A stretch of DNA of 45,927 nucleotides. Source: Atractiella rhizophila. Its lineage: Eukaryota. Positions 35,841-45,927 of this stretch are shown here, piece by piece. The stretch is taken from assembly GCA_021432655.1 (NCBI GenBank), contig MU271536.1, forward strand, positions 1-45,927, in the 5' to 3' direction. Numbering within the stretch: position 1 is the stretch's first letter; each line of letters opens with the position of its first letter. The notes under the pieces were generated by a model, which saw only the letters and a list, made by a program, of their open reading frames with translations, had not been told where the DNA came from and did no database searches. A program made the position numbers and the translations under genes.

Positions 35841-38101
35841 ATGACCGCTTCAACCGGCTCAAAGGCACACGATTCGATGCTTACCGCTCGAAAAAGTAAC
35901 AAGAACATCGCTTTGGACGTCGCTGACGCATTGGAGGGCGAGAAGGCTCCTTTCTTAGCTGGAGATGGAAAGGAAGTCGAAGTGGAGGTGGAGAGCGAGG
36001 GACTGTCAGCAAGAGAAAAGAAGGCTATGGGATTGTTGATCGTTCTTTGTGCGTTTCTTCGCTCTCGCTTTAACTGGGTAGAACTGGGTCTGAGTGTGCA
36101 TTTCAAGATCTCCTGCAAGGATTCCAGTCGGTCTGGCTTTCGGCAGCGTTCCGTTCCTGCTCAGAGCAAGACTGTCATACTCACAAATCGGCTTCTTCTC
36201 CTTCTGCACCTACCCCTACTCCCTCAAACTCCTATGGTCTCCTATTGTCGACTCTTTCTTTATCAAGAGCGTAGGAAGGAGAAAGAGCTGGATTATACCC
36301 GTTCAGCTCATTGTCGGAGCATGTTTGTTGTGGGCGAGCAAAAATGTCGAGGCATTGATTGATCAGGTGTGTGTCTCTCTGGTTTGCTATTGAGGTTTTA
36401 TTGAGGAATCGGTTTTCAGGAAACGCCAGATGTGAAAACCATTACTTGGCTCTTTCTTATCCTTGTTTTCTTTGCCGCGACTCAAGGTCTGTCCCGCTCC
36501 TCCGTTGCATAATAATAAGTCTTCTCACCAATGAACTTGCAGACATAGCAGTAGACGGCTGGGCGCTCGAGCTGCTCGACCGTCCCAATCTCTCCTACGC
36601 CTCCACAGCTCAGACCATCGGCTTGAACATTGGCTATTTCCTCTCCTTCACCGTCTTCCTCGCTTTCAACAGCGTCGAATTCTCCAACAAATACTTTCGT
36701 CCCTCCTCTGCACCGCTCGATTACCCATTACTCTCCCTCCCTGCTTACCTCCATTTTTGGGCTTACGGGTTTTGGATCGTCACGGCTTATTTGGCGTTCT
36801 TTCAGGCTGAGGTAAATGTTCTCGCTGTCGATTGCTTTGGATGAGCATCCACTTTTATTCATGACTGACTGGCGTGGGTACAGGCGCCTCCGCATGAAGA
36901 GAGCGATGACATGGATGTGAAGAAGGTATACAGCATCATGTACAAAATAATCAAACTCAAACGTCCGTCTTCCCTCTTCCCTCTTCACAATGGACTAGTA
37001 ATGACTTGTGAACAACAGACGTCCAAGCCCTCCTCCTCCTCCACTTCATTTCTAAACTTGGAATCGCGGCACACGAAGCGGCCACCTCGCTCAAATTTCT
37101 GGAGAAGGGGATCAAGAAGGAAGACCTCGCACTGGCCGTCTTGATAGACTTTCCGCTCCAGATATATTTGGGCTACCAAGTAGGCAAACAGACGAGAGGG
37201 ATGGGGAGTGCTTTGACTCCGGTAAGTTCCGCTTTCATAGGTGTAATGCTTCACAATGAAGATTGAGAGAACTGACGGTTTAATGCAAATAGTGGGTGTG
37301 GTCGCAATGGGCGCGTCTCGTCTGGGCGGGATTGTTCATGATTGAGATCCTGAGTATACCAAAAGATGGATCGGGAAATATTGGGCTCCCTTTCTTCATC
37401 GTCATCATCCTTTCCACCATTGGATCCAGTTTCGTAGGGTCCGTCTTTTATCCTTTCCCTCCTGCACAGTAACACGAAGATTGATGGTCGTCGTGATCGT
37501 TGATCGTTCAGAACTGTCAATTTCGTGGGCATCTCTGCATTTCACACCCAGATTTCAGACCCTCTCATCGGCGGAACATACATGACCGTACGTGCCTTTC
37601 CTATCCTTTGATCTGTTAGTTGACGTTGTGGATGATGCAGCTGCTGAACACGGTCTCTAACCTGGGAGGTACCTGGCCTAGATATTTCGTCTTGAGAGCA
37701 ATAGACGCGGTCACAATCGCGACCTGTCACGTAGAAGAGAAGCACCTGTTCACCGCGAACGTGGAGAAGAATGTCCCAGGTCCGTTCTCCTCCATATCGA
37801 CGACTTGCTGACTCAACTTCGGTGTGTGTATTAGCGGAAGAATGCTTCTCGGAGCGAGGGAAGGAACAGTGCGCCGCCATCGGTGGAACTTGTGTCGTAG
37901 AGAGGGACGGATATTATGCCGTCTCGTGCGTATGCATCGCGATCGGATGTGCGTTGCTCTTGTTTATCATCCAGCCCGCAGCGAAGAGGTTGCAAGGTCC
38001 GTTCCGTCATCTATTTCCTTATTGAGTGAAGATCTGACGGATGTATTTGATGGATAGCCCTACCACCGAGCGCTTGGAGGGTCAAAATGCATGAAAAGTA
38101 G
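35841..38101 (+). CDS. Acetyl-CoA transporter 1 family (SLC33A1/ACATN-like MFS), many introns
   Basis: LLQGIPVGLAFGSVPFLL, YPYSLKLLWSPIVDS, GRRKSWIIP, ATQDIAVDGWAL, DPLIGGTYMTLLNTVSNLGGTWP, RDGYY. Confidence 0.92.
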
Positions 38102-38451
38102 CATTGCGAGCATTATTACTGCTCCATGTAGATTTCTTGGGAATGTGGCATATCTATTGCATTTCATTTGTTGAATCAAGAACTCTAATTCCCTCCATTG
38201 AGAATCGAAACTGTTCCCCAATGCCACAACCGTATCACGTGCTTCTTTCTGCTAAACGTTCACTTCATGCTGAACTGAACAATTGCAACGACCGCCGTTT
38301 CCTTTAGCTAGGTCATCAGCTCGCCAGACGAAGGCTTACCTGAGTATCCATCTGCAACGCAGCTTTCCCGTCAGCTCTAGCTCAAGTTCAACCATTTCCT
38401 CCCTGACTCTTTGCAAGCTCAAGCCGGGCACAGCATAAGTTAGAACATGGA

Positions 38452-40665
38452 ATGAGCGTTCGAACGTCTCTTGAACTCGAAGAAATGGCCAGAGAGGAAT
38501 CTACCCTGGCAGGACTTGGATATGGAGCTCATGAGGAGTCGAACGAGAGGGACAGGTTGTTAGGAGATGAAGAAGGGGACTCGGACATATTGGATGGAGA
38601 GCACTTTGAACACGTTACGCCTTTGGAGGAGCAGGCATTCAAGAGGAAAAAGAAGGGGTACTACGTCTATTCTACCAGTCTCATTGTGCGTCGTCCTTGG
38701 CCATATTGCTGTCATAGAAAATCTGACTTCATGCAACAACGAAGGTATTCGATCAAATTGCCGTCGTCCTCTTCTTACCCCTCGTTTTGGAGGCACTCGC
38801 CAAATCCAAAGGCTTCTTAGCGCCAGACCACATCATCCCCTGCATTCAAGATCCTTCAAGCAACCCCTCCCCGCCTACAGACCCACATCTTCCACCAACA
38901 AAGCATCCCCGGTGCTCAGTATGGCTATTCGGCACTTGGATTGACACAGCGAGCGTCAGCCTCCTTGTTTCCTCCACAGCTATGCTTCTCGGCGCGTTCT
39001 TCGTCATTGGGCTCACTAGGAAGGCGGGCAAAACCCGTCAGTGGCCTCTCAGGTAGCTGTTTCGAAGCACTGATTGTTGGGGCAGAATCCCGTACGGTTC
39101 TAACCGCTACTACGCTTGTTGGATCAGCCGCTGCGGTCCTCATTCTCATAGTCCCTCTCGAATCTAGAATATGGTGGTTTGCTGCTCCCCTCAATGTAAC
39201 AACCAACGTGTGTTACTCCATTTGTGGCGTAGTCTTTGGATCGCATCTCGGTAAACTCTTCTTTCCCTTCGCAACCGCGCTGGTGTCGCTCATTTCTTTT
39301 GTCGGTGAAGTGGCATTGGGGAGGACGGCAGAACGAATTGAAGAGGAGCAAGGAGGCAGAAAATCTCCGACAGCTGAGACTGTAGCAGAAGTCAGAAAGG
39401 CTTCACCAACTTCTCATATTGCTTCCAGGGCATTTGCATTCGGGTACTTCGCAGGGACGGCTTGTGAGCCTTAGCAATAGTAATGGAGGTATACACTGAC
39501 CGCAGAGGATAGCGCTTCTTGCTATGCTTGCTCTCGTGTGGGCAACTGGGGCCACCACTCTCTCCAGCCGCCTGGCCACAGCCATTTCTGGGCTGTATTG
39601 GGCAGGCGTTGGCACAGGTCAGTCGCCATGTTGGCCAGCGCGACATTGCTCATGGACTGCTAGTTGGAAGCACTCTCTTGTATGGACCGTCGTCCAAGGT
39701 AGACCATGAGGCAGATGAGAGGCACTGGACTGAAGGCTTTCGAACGGTCTGGGAGATGATCAAATGCGCTCCCGACTTGCAAGACACATTTGTCTACCTC
39801 ATTTGCTGGATCCTGTTCTCGGACGGCTTTTCCACTTTCGGTAACTACCTCTTCTCATTCTCTCTTCCACGTCATTGCCGGAGTCTCATTCATTATCGTC
39901 GTTCGTTCTAGGCGCCGCTGCTATCTTGTTTGGCCGCACAACCCTCGGCCTTTCTTCCTCCGCTTTGACTTTAGTAGCCTTGATTGTCCCCATCTTTGCA
40001 GTTATTGGCGCACTTGTTTGGAGACAGTTGCAGCATTCATATTGGAAATGCACGAATCGCGTTATGCTGCAACGAATCCTCTTCGCTGCTTCTCTTGTTC
40101 CCGCCTATGGTTTGTTTGGAGCAGTGGTAGAGAAGTATGGGTGGAGTTGGGGAGGAATCACGACTGCTTGGGAGCTGTACTTTTGTGCCGCTTTCTTTGG
40201 TGAGCTTCCTGGACTTGTGGAGGGGCTGAACTGAAGTATGCGCAGGATTTATTCTTGGAGGATACGAAGTTTATGCTAGGTTCGTATCCCTCAGTGATGG
40301 TCCCGTGTAGCAGTTCATACCCAAAACCAGAGCACTTCTTTCGGAACTTATACCCGTCTCTCATGCGTCTCAGTTCTTTGGCATGTTCGCTATTACCTCC
40401 AAAGTGCGTCTTTCTCCCCCGTCCCGGTCCCTCTGCTGTGTTTACAAATGTTGCGCCTTAGTCGTCAGCTTTTATTGGTCCGCTATTTCTGTCGGTTATC
40501 ACCACAAAGACCGGTAGCCTGCGACAAGGGTTTTGGTTTGTCCTCTTCACCTTCCTTCTCCCCACCGCCATTCTGCTTTTTGTCAACCCCGAAAGAGGGA
40601 GGAGAGAGGCGGACGCGTGGGGGGAGAAGAAGATGAGGGAGTTGGAGAGGCAGGAAAGGAGATAA
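38452..40665 (+). CDS. ATG22: Vacuolar amino-acid efflux MFS transporter (Atg22 family), multi-exon
   Basis: FLPLVLEALA, GTWIDTASVSLLV, DTFVYLICWILFSDGFST, AAILFGRTTL, FFGMFAITSK, FVNPERGRREA. Confidence 0.75.
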
Positions 40666-41249
40666 TGTCGCAGTAATCGTGGGAAACAACGGCGTGCAAT
40701 GCAATAGGACTCGGGGATCCTTGAACTTGTGCGTTTTCCATTCCGTTTCTGAACTGCTTTTGCCACATTCTCCAAACCCTGCCCGTCAGTTCAGTGTTCC
40801 AGCTATGATGTGCCTGTCCCGTTGCTGTTTCTCGATTGGACCCCGTCGACGTCTCCGTGATGGGAATGAATTACTTAGGATTTCTCCAGCGAATTACTCT
40901 ATTGTGACATAACATCACATGCTCAACGAGCAACTTTGCTAGGGTGTTACTGTTCCATTCAATGTCCGATGGAAAAGACTAAATTATCTTGAGTTCAAGA
41001 TGAGACCATTCCGTTTAAGACATTATAAGTTAAGGAATGATAAGCAAATCATGCGAATCACTTCGCGCATGTAGCTCTGGCTCCCTTGTATCACATTTCA
41101 TAACCGTCCCTCGTTTTCCAATCTTGAAAGGACACAATTGGAGACAGTAGCATAATTCGACGGGTTGAGTGGGTTAGCGCCATTACATTTCACTGTGGTG
41201 TAAAATCCAAAAGACGAAATATCTCATTGGCATTCCCATCTAACATCAT

Positions 41250-41669
41250 TCAGAATCCATAGACGCTCTTGAAGTCAGACCTCGTTCCCACGCAATGAAC
41301 AGTGGATCCAACGGTAGCTTGCCAGAGGATATTTCCGCTGCATTCGCCTGCGCTGCCAAAGAACTGCAGCGTCTTCGTTGCTGAGCTGGTGTAGGTGTGG
41401 CCCCATTTGGCGCCAATGGGAACACTCGCACATTGTCCTAGGGAGGCACAGTTAGTTTATTATCATTCAATCGACCGAAAGGTAAATTATAAACCTTCGA
41501 CAACGGTGGTGCCCAAGTAGGTTCCTTGGTCACAATCGTTTCCGGTCCACCAAGCTACACTCCTATCAGAAGGTTGCTACGCAATTAATGGGAACAGCTC
41601 ACTGATTTCGAGTTTGGCTGTCGCGAGAGTGGCAGAGAGGGCCGTGGCAACGATTGTGCTGAGTTTCAT
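41250..41669 (-). CDS. Small secreted 4-Cys protein (104 aa), MiAMP1-like; exons 41669-41603, 41554-41495, 41437-41250
   Basis: Signal peptide MKLSTIVATALSATLATA; frame-consistent splicing (67+60+188 = 315 nt) with CTGAT and CTAAC branch sites; second donor GTTTAT is weak. Confidence 0.75.
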
Positions 41670-41746
41670 GATATTTCTACCTCTGATTAGATGGCTACGA
41701 GTGTTAGGTGTCCCTGGGTGAAGTCTTAACTGCTGCAAAACAATCC

Positions 41747-41755
41747 CTTTATATG
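41747..41755 (-). promoter_or_regulatory. TATA box of the small secreted protein gene
   Basis: ATATAAAAG on the minus strand ~80 nt upstream of ATG 41669. Confidence 0.5.
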
Positions 41756-42567
41756 TCGCTTCTGCTACACGCACAACTTTACCATACACTGAACGTGAAT
41801 ACATGCCTCATCATGGCCAAGTTGGACAACGAACGATGCTTCAGGAATGGAAGCTCGAGGAGAGATCTTACTGGTAGCGAAGGCGGCAAAGTCCGTTTCG
41901 CTGTGTGGGAGATTCGTGACCCGTCTAGAGATGTGCAGGAATATCTCAAAGGATCTTCATCAGTTTATTCCGCTCTACAGTATATCCCACCATCCGCCCC
42001 TCCCGAAAACGTGTAGAGCCAGCAATTGCCGCACAGGGAGGCTAGAAGTACAGTTGTATCGGAGGGATTTGCAGGGGAAATGGATCAATATCTTAAAAGG
42101 ATCTCCTGTATGTGCAAAGGATCATACTCCCCAGCCGACAGTAATAAACCGGCTTGAACCTTGAAGCACATTCGCTTCGGATCTCATTGAAGATATCTCG
42201 CTGCCTTTGGTCGAATTCTCGCAATAACCATCTATGTCATGGTCGTTGGCACTTTGAACCTAGAGTAATGCCAACCCGAGGGCGACTGCCTGAGGCTAGC
42301 GGACACCACTGAAGTTTGACCCATGATAAATAGATGCCCCTCAAGTTAAATACTAGGTAGATTGGCAGATTCTGAAGACGAATAAAGCGGTAGTCTCCGC
42401 TCACTATGAATTACCGCACGCGAGACGCAGCCGATCGGAGTCGATTGATCTTTCTGAGCAACGACCAACCCCTGTAGAACTTGATTCTTGAAGTACAAAA
42501 CTACTGAGACACCGGAGGTGTCTATACTGTTGTTGTTATAGACTTGTACTATCTCTCCGTGGTGGCG

Positions 42568-43788
42568 ATGGATGTTGAGGTGCTATTACCAGCTTCCGAG
42601 TCGTCCATCAGTCCACTTGTCGACTTCGCTGCTGGGACACTAGGAGGTGAATTTTTTGATTTCTTTAGCTGCCTTTCTCATGATGCCGTTCGATGCAGGG
42701 ATAGCAGGTCTTGTAGTAGGACACCCTTTCGACACTGTCAAAGTGAAACTGCAATGTCAAACAGAGAAGGCTCTTCAGTATCGAAATGCTGTGGACTGTT
42801 TTCAGAAGGTACTCAGATATGAAGGGGTTCGTTCCTTTTCTTCCTATTAGAACAAACCATGACGATTGTCTGAAAAGCACAGATGAACGGGTTGTATAAA
42901 GGCATCGTACGAGCATTTCTTATAGATTTGATCATTTCAGGGGCTGATTTATGGCGCAGGTTTCGCCATTGGTATATCTCCCTCCAAAATATCGTCGCAT
43001 CTTACCAGGATTACAGGCTGGTGTCGCTTTAATGAACGCCTCCGTGTTTGGCTTTTATGGTCTCTTTCTTCGGCTTCAGTTACCAACAAATGATACAACA
43101 CCTACCCTGACGCAAGTTACAATTGCGGGAATGGCTTGTGGCCTAACGACATCGTACGCCTCTCTCCCTACACCATAATTCGCTCTGATCGTATCGAACG
43201 GAACAGCTTCATAACCTCCCCGATGGAACTCTTCAAAATCCTCCAACAATCCTCTCCACCCTCATCGCCTACTCCCTCACTCCCTTCGCTGCTCTATCAG
43301 CTGTTCCCTCGTCGAATGTGGCGCGGCCTCGGGGCAACGATGCTTCGAGACTTGGGCTACGGTCCTTACTTTCTGGCGTACGAAAGCGCCAGACGCACCT
43401 TTGGTGAGGGCAAGATCGAATTGCTTCTCGCTGGTGGATTTGCTGGCGTCGTGGGTTGGGCAGCAACATTCCCTATGGATGTGGTGAAGACGCGGATCCA
43501 GTCATCACAACCTTACGTCTCCACTTCTAGAGCAGGCGATTCAGCTTCGCTACTGCCGCATGATAACAGTCAGGGTACAAAACAGTATCGCACTGTTCTC
43601 GGCACGATTGTGAGGAGTTACAAAGAAGAGGGATGGAGAGTTTTCTTTCGTGGATTGGGTGCGACGTTGCTCAGGAGTATACCTGTCAATATGGTCTGTC
43701 CATTGTTTGTTCATTCTAACTCTGACAAGAGGTACCACTGTAGGCAACTTTTGCTGTCTACGAGACTTGCATGGCATATTTTCGCTAG
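42568..43788 (+). CDS. Mitochondrial carrier (SLC25; carnitine/ornithine/basic amino acid-like subgroup)
   Basis: Three signature motifs GHPFDTVKVKLQ, TSPMELFKILQQ, TFPMDVVKTRIQ; FFRGLGATLLRSIPVN; includes a 12-nt micro-exon (42960-42971). Confidence 0.9.
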
Positions 43789-45004
43789 AAGCTGTACCGT
43801 TGAATTATTACAGCAGACATCATGGTATGTGGCTCGCTGCCCCTCCCGATTTATTGCGAGCTCAGCCGATTATTTTCAGTGGAAATGCAATATTTATTTC
43901 ATTCTCCATGTCATGAAATGCATGAATGAACCTGCGTGAACTGACGGCGACTCTACTTTCCCTTGGAGTGGAGTACACACATCCTTACGTACCCTTGAGG
44001 CTTTCTGGAGCGATTCGGTTTTAGACGTTAAAAATCCAACGGTAGGTACAGATAGTTGTCCGACAACGCGAGTAATTTCAGTCACTCTGCTAGAACCGAA
44101 CTCTTTCCGCGCTGCCTGAAGACACCGAAGTCTAGGGACACTTAATAGGCAGCGTACACGTTCTTGAGGTTCGGACAGTCTTAGACGGTTTCCTTAAAGA
44201 TGCTTGGTGGACACAATCATCAAGCGTTAGGTTCGTCGACTTTCCGAATGACACCTGACGGAGGTCAGGTTACGAGACCCAGACGAGGTTGAGGCTAGGA
44301 CTTGCAAGGCAGGGTAGCGCTCGACGAAGAGTTGGAGGAGAAGAAGGAGGTCATTAGCCAAGACTTGATGTACTACTTACATTGCTACATCTAGGTGCAG
44401 GTACTTGAGCTTACTCTCCATATCGGCACTTAGTCTGTCCTTCTGAAGCATATTAGACACCTCTTGTGGCTTATGCAGGCAGTTGTTTCTCTAGTCCTTG
44501 TGAGTCTTTAGCTGCTGTGGTGGAGCAGGTGCAGTGCCTTGCAGCAAGGTGGGCTTAAATTCTACTTTTCTTCTCCTTCGCTTGGACTGCTACGTCAGAC
44601 GAGGAGAGGGGAGGGAGGTGAACTTCGGGCAGTAAAGGAACTCATGCGACTAAAGAGCTTAACGTCAGCGGCCTTAAGGTAGGAGGCATAGTAGCTTAGA
44701 CTACGCGAAGTTGCGAGAATACCACAAACTACCTCACACTGCGCGAAACATGTGCTGAGGCATCCATGGAAAAATGCCGGTTGGCAGTGAAAAAGTCAGT
44801 GGCATGAGGCTCACTAAGAGACGCCTTTTTGTGCGTGGAAGAGGGTGGAAAAGTTAAAACTGCATCAGCAAGTACCTTCCGCTTACGAGCAGGTAGGAGC
44901 TCCACGCTTTCTGTTTTTATGTCCACACCTCATCTACCCACTAAACTAGCGTCTTAAACTCGACTTTTGCTCTTTTTACGCTGGACCCGCTCACTATTGC
45001 TTAC

Positions 45005-45650
45005 ATGACTGTTACTAAGACTACTACAACTCAACTCTCTACTTTAAATACCTGTTTCACTTCTCGCGGAGGTTGGACTACACTGCCAACGAGCTCGCTT
45101 CAACTGGACGTCTATAATCCAAGTTCTCACTGTTGGGATTTGGAACGGGACAAATGGTTAGGGTTCGAAGGGAAACTCTATGAACTTTCCCCAGCGACAC
45201 CAAAGTGGACTCCGTTTGTGGAAATTCAACAGCGTCGCTCGAGAAACCCGTTGAAAAGAACGGTCCTGTATAGTGTTGAAGCGAGGTGGTAGTTCAAGCA
45301 AAGTATTGCCCTCGTTAGGGCTTTATGCCCTGAGAGTTTTCACTGCAGCTAGTGGTATTGGCAAAGAGACCCAGAGAACAAAAAACAACAACTTTTCATC
45401 ATGAGAAGTCGGCACGTTGAACACCCTAATCGTAACAACAATGAAGTCTCGGTCACGTAAGACAGACTAAGACCATTACACTTCGCTGGTAAGTATGAGA
45501 CCCCTCCCCGTCAGTTGTTATTTGTGACTAACAAAACTCTTAGTAGGCTTGATGTAGAACTGGGAGCTTGGAAACAACTGTTCGTTCTGCGGCTTACACT
45601 CGTTTGGTCACCTGAACTCGCGTCTTGGCTTCAATAGGGACGAAGGTATG
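45005..45650 (+). pseudogene. Possible decayed intron-containing gene or repeat-borne ORF
   Basis: One frame continues past stops at 45290, 45350, 45458 and 45555 across a canonical intron 45489-45543 (GTAAGT..CTAAC..TAG). Product not recognised. Confidence 0.35.
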
Positions 45651-45927
45651 AGGTTTGTGACGGTAAAGTAACACTCTAGAAAGAAAATAGGCAGGAGGCG
45701 CTTACGACTGTTGTTCACGTCCACGCCTTTCGAGTTCGGAGGTTCGAGCCTGCCGCACTAGTGACCAGAGGCTGTTGAAGGTGGTGGCACGTCGCCACTG
45801 CTGACCCAGCACACCGAGTTCTGTTCAGCAGTGTTTTTACCTCAGGCTTGTACTACACTAGTCTAATGGAGAAGGAGTTTGCGCAAACGACGCAGTTCAT
45901 CGCCACTTCACCCGTGCCCCAAGAAGT

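Noticed and set aside
45735..45756. GGTTCGAGCC resembling a tRNA T-loop/B-box
   Set aside because: No 5-bp T stem or cloverleaf.

Overview
Gene-dense, intron-rich fungal genomic DNA. It looks like a basidiomycete, possibly Pucciniomycotina; this is inferred from ~45-75 nt introns, degenerate GTNNGY donors and protein similarity. The ORF track therefore shows exon fragments, and the gene models below were stitched by eye, so boundaries are approximate. Recognisable genes: PP5/PPT1, a GT77-like glycosyltransferase, PI31, URA5 (two copies), a double-GFA protein (one full, one truncated), an NADP-type Zn alcohol dehydrogenase, HOP2, ADE2, TPA1/OGFOD1, a GST, an RBR E3 ligase, an SLC33 acetyl-CoA transporter, ATG22 and a mitochondrial carrier. 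Highlights: (1) an RBR ligase carrying an apparently intact herpes-tegument-like deubiquitinase domain; (2) a tail-anchored coiled-coil protein with a dynein-adaptor CC1-box motif; (3) a three-exon small secreted protein resembling the MiAMP1 antimicrobial fold, missed by the ORF track; (4) two adjacent tandem duplications whose units differ like alleles, one placing a promoterless URA5 in frame behind PI31 exon 1; (5) three oversized, hairpin-rich first introns that may host ncRNAs. No database searches were run.
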